Of a DNA stretch of 60,514 nucleotides, positions 10,209-19,212 are shown piece after piece (position 1 is the first letter of the stretch; each line of letters starts with the position of its first letter). The translations under genes and the position numbers were made by a program. Source of the stretch: Candidatus Omnitrophota bacterium (GTDB lineage Bacteria > Omnitrophota > Gorgyraeia > Gygaellales > Profunditerraquicolaceae); contig JBAZGA010000008.1 of assembly GCA_041653115.1 (NCBI GenBank), positions 1 to 60,514 on the forward strand, given 5' to 3'. The notes beneath the pieces are model-generated. The model ran no database searches. It was not told the origin of the DNA and worked only from the letters and a program-made list of their open reading frames with translations.

Positions 10209-10691
10209 ATGAAAAAATGCGCCGCTTTGCTATTATCGGTTATATTTTTATCCGGATGCGCAGCCTATAAATTCCAGCGGGGAGAGTCTCCTTACGATAA
10301 GGGGTATGTGGTTTCCCGCGATGATTATACGATAGTAGAATATACTATCGGGCAGGATAACAGCGTCCCCGACCGTAAACTCGCCAGGGAACGTTTCCTC
10401 AGGCGGAGAAAAATTGTCGAGGATTATTATAAAAGAATGGGATATATTGAGAGCCGCTTTAAGATGGCCTTTATTGACCCCCCGATTATCTTGATAAAGC
10501 TGATGAGCGGGGTGTTTAGGCTTCCCTGCGCGGCGGTTTCGGATTATCGCTATGAGCATAACCCCGCGTACAGGGAAAAGATTAAGAAGCTGGAGGATGC
10601 CAGCGATGCCCGGGAAGAAGCCCGGATAAAGAAGTTCCAGGAGGGTTTAAACCGTTACATCCAGGAAGATTTAAGCCGGGAGAGACCTTAA
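10209..10691 (+). CDS. Hypothetical lipoprotein
   Basis: ATG at 10209 after AGGAG preferred over the track's TTG at 10188; signal peptide with lipobox LSGC. Confidence 0.7.
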   Translation: MKKCAALLLSVIFLSGCAAYKFQRGESPYDKGYVVSRDDYTIVEYTIGQDNSVPDRKLARERFLRRRKIVEDYYKRMGYIESRFKMAFIDPPIILIKLMSGVFRLPCAAVSDYRYEHNPAYREKIKKLEDASDAREEARIKKFQEGLNRYIQEDLSRERP

Positions 10692-11548
10692 GGCTTCTCG
10701 TTTCTGCGGAACGGCCTTGAACCGTATTTTATCTTGGCGATTTCCTGCCGATTAAAGACTACCAGAGATTCCTCGCCTGAAAAATGCCCCAGCACGCCTT
10801 TTTTTGGAGATAAATTTAATACCACTTTATCTTTGGCTTCCGTGACAATGTAGCCTTCAAAAATTGCGCCATTTTTTAATATCAGCACATCTTTGGTTTT
10901 TATTCCCAAAATCCTGTTTATGGCAGGCTGAATGATTTGTTTAATCACGCCTGTGCGGTATAAGATAAGCCCGGTAGCTAAGATAGCTGTGCAGGCAAAG
11001 ACGAAGAAGAGCGTCCAGTAAATCCTGAGATATTTAATACTGCTGGCCAGGGTAGCGGAGTTACGGCCGTGGCGCTTTGAGAAATACATCGCCTTATCCG
11101 CGCTTTTAATCAGGTCTTCTATTGTTTTGCCGTTAGAGGGAAAAACAGCGATCCCGCAGCTGAGGGTAATTTTGTAGAGTTTGTTTTGGAAGAGGAAAGG
11201 CCGGTGGTCGAGGTTATAGCTGCACTGCCTAAGCAGGCGCAGCGCCTCCTGGGGCTCTTTCCCGGGTATCACCGCGATAAATTCATCTCCGCCGTAACGA
11301 AAGATATAGCTTTCATTTTCCTGAAGAGAGAGGCGCAGGGTGCTGGCGAAGTATTTCAGGACTTCGTCGCCGAAGTCATGGCCGAATTTGTCATTGAATT
11401 TCTTAAAGTGGTCTAAATCGACCAGCGCCAGGGAAAACCCCTGGTTGTCCAGGGACGCCTTAACGATGAGGTTTTGTAAAAAGGGATAAAGCGCGTCCCT
11501 TAAAAAAAACCGCGTCAAGGGGTCTATCCTTGCCTGGTTTGACATCAT
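10688..11548 (-). CDS. Diguanylate cyclase (N-terminal GGDEF, one TM helix, small C-terminal domain)
   Basis: DPLT, DLDHFKKFNDKFGHDFGD, FRYGGDEF, ADKAMYFSK; hydrophobic stretch IYWTLFFVFACTAILATGLILY follows. Confidence 0.9.
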   Translation of the reverse strand: MMSNQARIDPLTRFFLRDALYPFLQNLIVKASLDNQGFSLALVDLDHFKKFNDKFGHDFGDEVLKYFASTLRLSLQENESYIFRYGGDEFIAVIPGKEPQEALRLLRQCSYNLDHRPFLFQNKLYKITLSCGIAVFPSNGKTIEDLIKSADKAMYFSKRHGRNSATLASSIKYLRIYWTLFFVFACTAILATGLILYRTGVIKQIIQPAINRILGIKTKDVLILKNGAIFEGYIVTEAKDKVVLNLSPKKGVLGHFSGEESLVVFNRQEIAKIKYGSRPFRRNEKP

Positions 11549-11633
11549 GGGCCTTCTCCTCTTTATCGGTCCCTGTTAAATGAATTATACCATAACGCCA
11601 TCTTAAAGACAATTTTTTTGTCCAAAAATTTAC

Positions 11634-11662
11634 TTGCTAAAATGATTATTTACGGTTATAAT
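11634..11662 (+). promoter_or_regulatory. sigma70-type promoter
   Basis: TTGCTA, 17 nt, TATAAT (11657-11662) in an AT-rich divergent gap. Confidence 0.6.
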
Positions 11663-11709
11663 TAAAATACAATAAGCATAAAAGAAAATTAACTTCTCAG
11701 GAGGGTAGC

Positions 11710-12126
11710 GTGGCTGAAGGAAGGTCGTTGAGCGTGTCGCTTATTTCGTTGATTTCTATAATTTTCTTTGCTTACAGTTTTTTATTTTTTGTTTTTTTCT
11801 TTCCCTCCGAAAGCCTCCCCTGGTTTGAGATGCTGAGGAATATCCTCTGCCTGATAGTCAGTTTTCTGGGCCTGGTCGCCTCCATATTTGTCTTTGATAT
11901 CAGGCGCTGGGCGCGGAAATTAATCTTATATTCATGCTTCTTCTTCCTGGGGCTGGGAATAGCTAACGACCTGACGAACTTAATTAAATTGAAATGGTAT
12001 GGCGTGCCGTATCTGGTCACCTTAAAGGGCGTTACCTTCAGCCTTAAGAAACTGAGTTTATACAGCTTCTGGCTTATCTTAATCCTCTTTCTTACCCGCC
12101 CTAAAGTCAAAGAGCAATTTAAATAG
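11710..12126 (+). CDS. Hypothetical membrane protein (about 4 TM helices)
   Basis: GGAGG RBS before GTG; four hydrophobic segments; no recognised family. Confidence 0.6.
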   Translation: MAEGRSLSVSLISLISIIFFAYSFLFFVFFFPSESLPWFEMLRNILCLIVSFLGLVASIFVFDIRRWARKLILYSCFFFLGLGIANDLTNLIKLKWYGVPYLVTLKGVTFSLKKLSLYSFWLILILFLTRPKVKEQFK

Positions 12127-12150
12127 TTTTAGCCTGCCTTTAGAGATTGA

Positions 12151-13689
12151 TTAAACGAAAAAGTCCCTATCTAAGCCCCTGTACTGAATCGCTTCCGAAA
12201 GGTGCCCTGTTTTGATATCCCCGCCTCCCGCCAGATCGGCGATAGTCCTGGAGATCTTCAATATTTTATCATAGGCCCGGGCGCTGAAATTCAACTCTGT
12301 CATTGCCATCTTGAGCAATTCACTCCCCTCTTTGTCTAATATGCAGAACTTACGCACCTGCCTGTGGCTCATCTGGGCGTTGTAAAAAATGGGTTCTGAG
12401 GCCGTTTTGAAACGCTCTCGCTGAATAGCGCGAGCTCGGTTTACCCTTTCCTTAATCAGGGCAGAAGCTTCAGCGGCTAAATTGCCGGATAAGTCCTGAT
12501 ATCTTGCAGCAGGGATTTCAATGTGGATATCTATCCTGTCTAACAAAGGGCCTGATATTTTAGAGCGATAGCTGTGAATCTGTGTTGTTGAACAACCGCA
12601 GGAAGATTTGGGGTCGTTAAAGCGCCCGCATTTGCAGGGATTCATCGCGCAGACGAGCATGAAAGAAGCGGGAAAGACAAAAGATTTCAACGCCCGCGAG
12701 ATGCGGATAGAGCCGTCTTCCAGGGGCTGCCTCAATGCTTCTAAGGAATCGCGGCGGAATTCCGGCAGCTCATCCAGGAATAAGACTCCCTGATGACTCA
12801 GGCTGATTTGTCCGGGCTGGGGGATAGAGCCTCCGCCGACTAACGCGGTATTTGAGGCAGTATGGTGCGGGCTGCGGAAGGGGCGCCTGGCAACGATACC
12901 CTGCTTCAGCGGCAGAGCCCCGGCTGCAGAATGGATGCGGGTTATTTCCAATGCTTCCTCCAGGGTTAAATCCGGCATAATCGTGGGTATTCTTTTAGCA
13001 AGCATGGTCTTTCCGCTTCCCGGAGGCCCAATCATCAGGATATTGTGTCCGCCGGCAACCGCCACCTCCAGCGCTCTTTTTGCCAGATACTGGCCCTTAA
13101 CTTCCGATAAATCAAGGGGATAAGTACAATTTTCCCGGAATAGTTCTGCTAAGTCCATTTTAAAAGGCTGAACCATCTGGGGATTATGGAGAAATTCTAC
13201 TGTTTCTCTGAGCGTTTTCAAAGGCCAGATAGAGATATCCCTTACCGCGCAGGCTTCTTTAGCATTAGCTTCCGGCAGAATTATATTTTCTAGTTTGGAT
13301 TTGGCTGCGCTTAAGCTGACCGGTAAAATCCCTTTGCAGGGCCTAAGCGAGCCATCGAGGGATAATTCACCGAGAACATAGTAGTCTTTCAGGCGCTGGC
13401 TATTTAGCTGTTCGGTTGCCGCGAGTATCCCCAGGGCAATCGCCAGGTCAAAACACGCACCCTCTTTCTTTGTATCCGAAGGCGCTAAGCTGACAGTAAT
13501 TCTTTCGCTTGGCCAGGCAAACCCCGAATTTTTAATTGCCGATTTAACCCGTTCCTTACTTTCCCTGATTGCGGCATCTGCCAGGCCTACCAGCGTTACT
13601 GCCGGTAAGCCAGGAGAAACATCCACTTCTATCTCAATCGGATATGCTTCTATGCCCAAGAGCCCGAAACTAAAAACCCTTGCCAACAT
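12151..13689 (-). CDS. comM: YifB/ComM Mg-chelatase-like AAA+ ATPase
   Basis: VGLADAAIRESKERV, GGHNILMIGPPGSGKTML, FRSPHH, GVLFLDELPEF, AMNPCKCG, SGPLLDRID, SARAYDKILK. Confidence 0.92.
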   Translation of the reverse strand: MLARVFSFGLLGIEAYPIEIEVDVSPGLPAVTLVGLADAAIRESKERVKSAIKNSGFAWPSERITVSLAPSDTKKEGACFDLAIALGILAATEQLNSQRLKDYYVLGELSLDGSLRPCKGILPVSLSAAKSKLENIILPEANAKEACAVRDISIWPLKTLRETVEFLHNPQMVQPFKMDLAELFRENCTYPLDLSEVKGQYLAKRALEVAVAGGHNILMIGPPGSGKTMLAKRIPTIMPDLTLEEALEITRIHSAAGALPLKQGIVARRPFRSPHHTASNTALVGGGSIPQPGQISLSHQGVLFLDELPEFRRDSLEALRQPLEDGSIRISRALKSFVFPASFMLVCAMNPCKCGRFNDPKSSCGCSTTQIHSYRSKISGPLLDRIDIHIEIPAARYQDLSGNLAAEASALIKERVNRARAIQRERFKTASEPIFYNAQMSHRQVRKFCILDKEGSELLKMAMTELNFSARAYDKILKISRTIADLAGGGDIKTGHLSEAIQYRGLDRDFFV

Positions 13690-13815
13690 TTAACCACCTC
13701 CTTGTCCACAGGGACAACACCCGCGCAATTCCAATAAGCGCGGGGTGCCTTACTCTAATAGACGTAAGAGAGCGCAAAATCTAACTGAAAAATTTACAAC
13801 GCCGATTAAAAAACC

Positions 13816-13844
13816 TTGCTTTTTAAGCCAGATATTACTATAAT
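13816..13844 (+). promoter_or_regulatory. sigma70-type promoter
   Basis: TTGCTT, 17 nt, TATAAT (13839-13844). Confidence 0.65.
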
Positions 13845-13870
13845 TAAAAGTCAATGGGCAGGAGGCAATT

Positions 13871-14539
13871 ATGAAGGATTACAAGGTTCTCATCGGTTTT
13901 TTATTTCTCCTGGGAATAAGCGCGTACAGCACTATCGGCTTTATCAATACCGCCAGGCAAAAATACGCGCTCTTGCGTACTAATACCGAAATAAAAGAAC
14001 AATTAGGGGATTTAGAAGCGGAAAAAGAGAGTCTTCTCAGCGAAAAACAGGCCCTTCTGGACGAAAAGCAGCGCCTGGCACAGGACATGGAGAAAGAAAA
14101 AGAGCTGCAGCAGAAGCTTGCCGAGCAGAATTCACTGCTCAAGGCATATTTAAAGGCGAGCAAAAAGAGGCTGGAGTCCTCGTTTGATGATTTAAGCGCT
14201 TCGCAAAAGAGCGCCGCAGAGTTAAGTTCCGACATTGCCCTCTTAAAAAGCGAAAATGCCGCCTTAAGAAGCGAAAGAGAAGATGTGGACGCACAATTAA
14301 AACAAGTATCGCAGGAAAAGGATAATCTTCAGGCCCGGCTGAGCTCGCTGGTCGAGCTGAAAAAAGCAATTAGAGAATTAAAACTGCAGATAAGAAAGGT
14401 CGGCAGGACAATAAAGCAGAAGGCTATAAAGCAGAAGGCCGCGGCCAAAGACGCGCAAGAGGGAAACCAGGGTTTTTTGATCAAGAAGGGTAAATCCACT
14501 TATTCCGGGAAAGTCAAGATAGAGGTAATCCCTCAATGA
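13871..14539 (+). CDS. Membrane-anchored coiled-coil hypothetical protein
   Basis: N-terminal hydrophobic helix followed by long E/K/L/Q-rich heptads; GGAGG RBS. Confidence 0.7.
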   Translation: MKDYKVLIGFLFLLGISAYSTIGFINTARQKYALLRTNTEIKEQLGDLEAEKESLLSEKQALLDEKQRLAQDMEKEKELQQKLAEQNSLLKAYLKASKKRLESSFDDLSASQKSAAELSSDIALLKSENAALRSEREDVDAQLKQVSQEKDNLQARLSSLVELKKAIRELKLQIRKVGRTIKQKAIKQKAAAKDAQEGNQGFLIKKGKSTYSGKVKIEVIPQ

Positions 14540-14982
14540 ACGAAATATTCGTCCAGATATTCAGGAATAAAATTTTCATGACTACGCTTTCTGCCTGGAT
14601 AATCGCCCAGGCGATTAAAGTAACCAGCGGCGTAATCCGCGAAAAGAGGTTTGATTTCCGCTGGTTTGTGGGTACGGGCGGGATGCCTTCCAGTCACGCC
14701 GCGGGAGCCAGTTGTCTGGCGGCCTCGATCGGCCTGGCGTACGGTTTTGACAGCATCTATTTTGCCCTGGCAGCCTCTTTTGCGATTGTCGTCATGTTCG
14801 ATGCCCAGGGCGTGCGCCGCGCTTCCGGCAGGCAGGCGCGCATATTAAATAAAATAACCGAAGATATTTATTGGCAGGGCAGGATTAAAGAGGGAAGGTT
14901 GCGCGAACTTATCGGCCACACCCCTATTGAAGTCATCATTGGCGGCGCATTAGGAGTAATCATTGCTTTATTGGCAGGGTAA
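14536..14982 (+). CDS. Divergent PAP2 family membrane protein (DUF212)
   Basis: GTGGMPSSHAA, VMFDAQGVRR, LRELIGHTPIEV. Confidence 0.9.
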   Translation: MNEIFVQIFRNKIFMTTLSAWIIAQAIKVTSGVIREKRFDFRWFVGTGGMPSSHAAGASCLAASIGLAYGFDSIYFALAASFAIVVMFDAQGVRRASGRQARILNKITEDIYWQGRIKEGRLRELIGHTPIEVIIGGALGVIIALLAG

Positions 14983-15047
14983 GAAGGATATCCCCCGGGA
15001 TAAATTTTCTTACCCACAATAGCGCAAAAATTTAAGGAGAGAATACC

Positions 15048-15860
15048 GTGAATAAAAAATGGTTAGTGATTATCATAGTGGTATTATTCGGGATAGTCTT
15101 ATTTATCGGACTAAACATGAAACAGGGCGCGAGGCTTTTAAAAAGCAAGATCGGCACAGGCCCCGGCCCGGCTTTACTGCATAAGGCAAGGGACCTCAAA
15201 GCCCAGGGCAATTTTCAAGAGGCGCTTGCCATCTACCAGAAATTAATTAATGATTTTCCCGGCTCCAGCGACATAATAAATTGGCAGAAGGAGCTTGAGG
15301 CCATAAATATAAAATTATTGTTTTCTCCGGCCATCACCCCCAAAAGCACGTCTTATGAAATAAAGCGCGGGGATACATTAGCAAAAATCGCCAAAGAATT
15401 TAATACCACCGTAGAACTGCTTAAGGCGAGCAATAATTTGGCCAGTGATAAAATTTTACCGGGCAGGAAAATCAAGGTTTGGACCGCACCTTTCAGCATA
15501 TTAGTGGATAAGTCGCAAAATGTACTGTTCTTAAAAAGCGATGAAGAATTAATCAAGACTTATACCGTCGCTACCGGAGCAAACAATTCTACGCCCGTTG
15601 GCGCCTTTAAGATTGTCGCAAAACTTATTCAGCCTACCTGGTATAAAGCCGGCACAGTCGTTCCCGCCGGAAGCCCCGAGAATATCCTGGGGTCGCGCTG
15701 GCTGGGCTTAAACCTGGCCGGTTACGGCATACACGGTACCACCGACCCCCAAAGCCTGGGTAAACAGGTTACCCAGGGCTGCGTCCGCATGGCCAATTCC
15801 GATGTTGAGGAATTGTATATTATCGTCCCCAAAGGCGCAGAAGTAACCATCGTCGACTAA
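15048..15860 (+). CDS. L,D-transpeptidase with TPR-like and LysM domains
   Basis: LysM YEIKRGDTLAKIAKEF; YkuD core NILGSRWLGL, YGIHGT, TQGCVRM. Confidence 0.9.
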   Translation: MNKKWLVIIIVVLFGIVLFIGLNMKQGARLLKSKIGTGPGPALLHKARDLKAQGNFQEALAIYQKLINDFPGSSDIINWQKELEAINIKLLFSPAITPKSTSYEIKRGDTLAKIAKEFNTTVELLKASNNLASDKILPGRKIKVWTAPFSILVDKSQNVLFLKSDEELIKTYTVATGANNSTPVGAFKIVAKLIQPTWYKAGTVVPAGSPENILGSRWLGLNLAGYGIHGTTDPQSLGKQVTQGCVRMANSDVEELYIIVPKGAEVTIVD

Positions 15861-15863
15861 CCC

Positions 15864-16811
15864 ATGGCCGGACTTGAATTCGAAAAACCGATTAATGAAT
15901 TGGAAAAAAAGATCCAGGAGTTAAAGAGCTTTACCTCGGATAAAAAGATTGATCTTTCTTCGGAGGTAAGGCGCCTGGAAGAGAAGCTCCAGCATTTAAA
16001 AAAAGACACTTACGGCAACCTTACTGCCTGGCAGCGCGTACAGATTGCCCGGCATCCTCAGAGGCCGTACACCCTGGATTACATAAATATGATCATGTCG
16101 GATTTTATTGAGTTGCACGGAGACAGACTTTTCGCAGACGACAAGGCCCTGATCGCGGGATTTGCCAAATTAAACGGGCAGAAGGCGGTCGTCATCGGCC
16201 ATCAGAAAGGAAGAGATACCAAAGAAAATCTAAAACGCAACTTTGGCTGCGCCCATCCGGAAGGTTACCGTAAAGCCTTGCGGGCGATGGAGCTGGCAGA
16301 GAAATTTGCTTTGCCGGTTTTGGCCTTTATTGATACGCCCGGCGCCTATCCGGGTATCGGCGCAGAAGAGCGCGGCCAGGCCCAGGCCATCGCCTTGAAT
16401 TTAAGGGAGATGGCGCACATTGGCGTGCCGATTATCGCGGTAATCATCGGCGAAGGCGGCTCCGGGGGCGCATTAGGCATAGGCGTCGCGGATAAGGTTT
16501 TTGTTTTAGAAAACGCCTATTATTCGGTTATCTCGCCGGAAGGATGCGCGGCGATATTATGGAAGAATGGGTCCAAGGCGCCTGATGCAGCCGAGGTATT
16601 AAAACTCACTGCCCAGGATTTATTAAAAATGGGACTGATTGATGAAGTCATACCCGAGCCATTGGGCGGAGCGCACCGCGACCCGCAAAAGACGGCAGAA
16701 TCGCTCAAGGAGACGCTGATCCGTAACCTCAAGGAGTTAAAGGCGCAGGGGAAAGAAGAGCTTCTTGAGGCAAGGTACCAAAAATTCAGGAAAATGGGCG
16801 AGTTTGCATGA
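15864..16811 (+). CDS. accA: Acetyl-CoA carboxylase carboxyltransferase alpha subunit
   Basis: [63 protein letters not shown]. Confidence 0.97.
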   Translation: MAGLEFEKPINELEKKIQELKSFTSDKKIDLSSEVRRLEEKLQHLKKDTYGNLTAWQRVQIARHPQRPYTLDYINMIMSDFIELHGDRLFADDKALIAGFAKLNGQKAVVIGHQKGRDTKENLKRNFGCAHPEGYRKALRAMELAEKFALPVLAFIDTPGAYPGIGAEERGQAQAIALNLREMAHIGVPIIAVIIGEGGSGGALGIGVADKVFVLENAYYSVISPEGCAAILWKNGSKAPDAAEVLKLTAQDLLKMGLIDEVIPEPLGGAHRDPQKTAESLKETLIRNLKELKAQGKEELLEARYQKFRKMGEFA

Positions 16812-17323
16812 TTGAGCAGCAATTAATCTTATTGGGCCTCTTGAAAGAGAGCCCTAAGCACGGATATGAAATCAAAAAGAGGATAGAGGAGATTCCGGCG
16901 CTCTTTGCCGGGATAGATTTAAAATCAATATACTATCCCTTGCAGGGATTAGAGAAAAAGGGGTTAGTAATAAAACAGACAACTAAAGGCGGGAGGCGCC
17001 CCGAGCGTTTTGTTTATGCTTTGACACCCCGGGGCGAGGAGCGCTTTAAGCAATTGCTTGCGCAAAGCTTCCTTAATTTTAAAAGGCCGCAGTTCAGCCT
17101 GGATTTGAGCCTTTATTTTTTGCGTTATATCAAGCCCGAAATCGCCAGGCGCCGCCTGCAGGCGCGGATGCAGATTTTAAAGAGCCTCTTCCGGGACTTA
17201 CGGCAAGTGATTGACTCTTTAAAAAAGAAAAAGGCTTCGTCCTTGGTTTATATTTCCGAGCATAACCTGCGGATGATAGAAGCCGAACGTAAATTTCTTG
17301 CCAAATTCATTAAGATACTCTAA
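16808..17323 (+). CDS. PadR-family transcriptional regulator
   Basis: [32 protein letters not shown]; ATGA overlap with accA. Confidence 0.88.
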   Translation: MIEQQLILLGLLKESPKHGYEIKKRIEEIPALFAGIDLKSIYYPLQGLEKKGLVIKQTTKGGRRPERFVYALTPRGEERFKQLLAQSFLNFKRPQFSLDLSLYFLRYIKPEIARRRLQARMQILKSLFRDLRQVIDSLKKKKASSLVYISEHNLRMIEAERKFLAKFIKIL

Positions 17324-17361
17324 GTGGGGAGTTTAATTTTTGGAAAGGGGGATATCTAGCG

Positions 17362-17850
17362 ATGAAGAGCATAGTAGTTTATGAATCGCATTACGGCCAT
17401 ACCGCCTATGTGGCTGACCGCTTTCTGGAGGCCCTGAAGAAAAAGGGGGAAGCTGAAATTTTTGAGCTGCTTGAAGACACGCAAGCCAAGAGCATGCCGA
17501 ACAATATTGAGAACAAGGCCAAATCCCGCGGCGTGGGCCCGGAACAGATTCCTTGCGATATGCGTAATTACGATTGTTTATGCCTGTGTATTCCTATCTG
17601 GGATAAATGCCTGGCCTCGCCTTTAGCAGGCTATATCGAAAGGTGCGTGAATGCAGACGGTAAAAATATAATTTGCTGCCAGATTTACGGGGATAAAAAA
17701 GACAACAAGCTGTGTTTTGATTATGTCAAGAAAGCCTTAGAAGGAAAAGGCAGGCCCAAGATAGCCGGAGTATTTATTAATTGGCGCGATGTCCACAATG
17801 AGCGCCTCTTGAATAAATTGATTAATAAGACGATTAATAAAATTGCTTAA
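17362..17850 (+). CDS. Flavodoxin-like protein
   Basis: IVVYESHYGHTAYVA start, YDCLCLCIPIW...LASPL. Confidence 0.6.
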   Translation: MKSIVVYESHYGHTAYVADRFLEALKKKGEAEIFELLEDTQAKSMPNNIENKAKSRGVGPEQIPCDMRNYDCLCLCIPIWDKCLASPLAGYIERCVNADGKNIICCQIYGDKKDNKLCFDYVKKALEGKGRPKIAGVFINWRDVHNERLLNKLINKTINKIA

Positions 17851-18185
17851 TCTTGGCGGGTATCAATTATCCTTAAGACGCGCGAAAGGCCCATCAGGTT
17901 GGCTTTTTCTAACCTCAATCCCACCCGGTATTTATTAGGCTCGATCATATTTGACCAAATCACGTTTGCGCGCGCATAAAGCGGGTGCCCCTTGTCGGGG
18001 ATAGACAGCCACATTTCTACCGGGTTTTGCCTGCCTAATCTTTCCCCTGTAGTCAGGCCTATCCCGTTTGCGCTGATATCGCTGGTTTGTGCTGTGAATT
18101 CTCTGCTGGAGTCGAGGTTGAGACACCTCATGGGAAGCTGGACGGAGAACCTTTCAAAAACCCTTTTGTCTGCAAAATCCTGCAT
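17847..18185 (-). CDS. Stand-alone PilZ domain protein
   Basis: RVFERF (RxxxR) and DISANG (D/NxSxxG) c-di-GMP-binding motifs. Confidence 0.85.
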   Translation of the reverse strand: MQDFADKRVFERFSVQLPMRCLNLDSSREFTAQTSDISANGIGLTTGERLGRQNPVEMWLSIPDKGHPLYARANVIWSNMIEPNKYRVGLRLEKANLMGLSRVLRIIDTRQD

Positions 18186-18280
18186 TACACCTTTCTCCGT
18201 GGCTTTTCTGATGAAGGCTATTAAATGTATAGCACAATTTTAATTAAATTGCAAGTGTTTTCTATTTTTCTCTTTTCTGC

Positions 18281-18309
18281 TTGACCGGCTGCGGGTTATG
18301 TTGTAAGTT
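18281..18309 (+). promoter_or_regulatory. Probable sigma70 promoter upstream of the lsrF-like gene
   Basis: TTGACC (18281-18286), 17 nt, TAAGTT (18304-18309). Confidence 0.5.
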
Positions 18310-18312
18310 ATT

Positions 18313-18402
18313 TACCTGGTCCCTCGCGTCAACGCCTGGATTCGCTGCAGACGGCTTCTTTGTACGCCCGGGATCAATTCGCAGACGCCGATAGACTAGG
18401 TA
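18313..18402 (+). other. Structured 90-nt leader / rod-like hairpin of unknown class
   Basis: TACCTGGTC 18313-18321/GACTAGGTA 18394-18402; GCGTC/GACGC; CCTGG/CCGGG; TGCAGA/TTTGTA (with G-U pairs); lies between the predicted promoter and the GGAGG RBS. Confidence 0.6.
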
Positions 18403-18421
18403 TAGCATAAGGAGGTATAAG

Positions 18422-19210
18422 ATGGAGTGGGGAATGAAAAACCGTTTGCGCCGATTAATTCAGCCCGACGGGCGCTGTTTCTTTCTGCCGATAGACCACG
18501 GCTATTTTCAGGGGCCGACGCGCTGTTTGGAGAAACCCGGAGAAACGATTAAGCCGTTAATTGAATTTTGCGACGCGCTTTTTGTCACCAGAGGGGTATT
18601 ACGCGCGGCAATAGACCCCTTGCAGACTAAACCGGTTATCTTGCGCGCCTCCGGAGGCACCAGTATGGCCGGTAAAGACCTGGCTAATGAAGGGCTCACT
18701 GCTTCGATAGAAGAAATTATCCGGCTGAATGCCTCGGCAGCAGGTGTTTCGGTTTTTATCGGCAGCGAATATGAGCATCAGACGATTATGAATTTAGCAA
18801 AATTAGTTAATCTTTGCGAAAATTACGGCATTCCGGTAATGGCCGTGACTGCCGTAGGCAAAGAATTGGAGAAGCGCGATGCGCGCTACCTGGCGCTGGC
18901 CTGCCGCATCTGCGCGGAAACCGGCGCGCGGGTAGTAAAGACATATTGGTGCGAAGATTTTGAGAAGGTAGTCTCGGGTTGTCCGGTCCCGGTAGTGATT
19001 GCCGGCGGCCCGAAATGCGAAAGCGAAAAAGAGGTCTTTGAATTTGTTTATGACGGCCTGCAAAAGGGGGCAATCGGCATAAACTTAGGAAGAAATGTCT
19101 GGCAGCACGCGCATCCGGTAGCAATGGCCAAGGCGCTAAAGTCAATTGTGCATGAAAAGGCAAACGTAAAGAAAGCCTGCGAGATATTTAACGAATCAAA
19201 AAGAAAATAA
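18422..19210 (+). CDS. lsrF: LsrF-like class I aldolase-fold thiolase (DhnA family)
   Basis: IDHGYFQGPT, RICAETGARVVKTYW (Schiff-base Lys), VVIAGG, NLGRNVWQ closely resemble LsrF. Confidence 0.8.
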   Translation: MEWGMKNRLRRLIQPDGRCFFLPIDHGYFQGPTRCLEKPGETIKPLIEFCDALFVTRGVLRAAIDPLQTKPVILRASGGTSMAGKDLANEGLTASIEEIIRLNASAAGVSVFIGSEYEHQTIMNLAKLVNLCENYGIPVMAVTAVGKELEKRDARYLALACRICAETGARVVKTYWCEDFEKVVSGCPVPVVIAGGPKCESEKEVFEFVYDGLQKGAIGINLGRNVWQHAHPVAMAKALKSIVHEKANVKKACEIFNESKRK

Positions 19211-19212
19211 AT

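Noticed and set aside
18313-18402. Known riboswitch, 6S RNA or SRP RNA
   Set aside because: Consensus motifs for SAM, SAH, TPP, ZTP, guanidine-I, c-di-GMP and SRP were not recognisable by eye, and it is too short for 6S. Kept only as an unclassified structure.
18422-19210. AI-2 quorum-sensing (lsr) operon
   Set aside because: No lsrK, lsrG, lsrR or ABC transporter in the window; only the LsrF-like gene.
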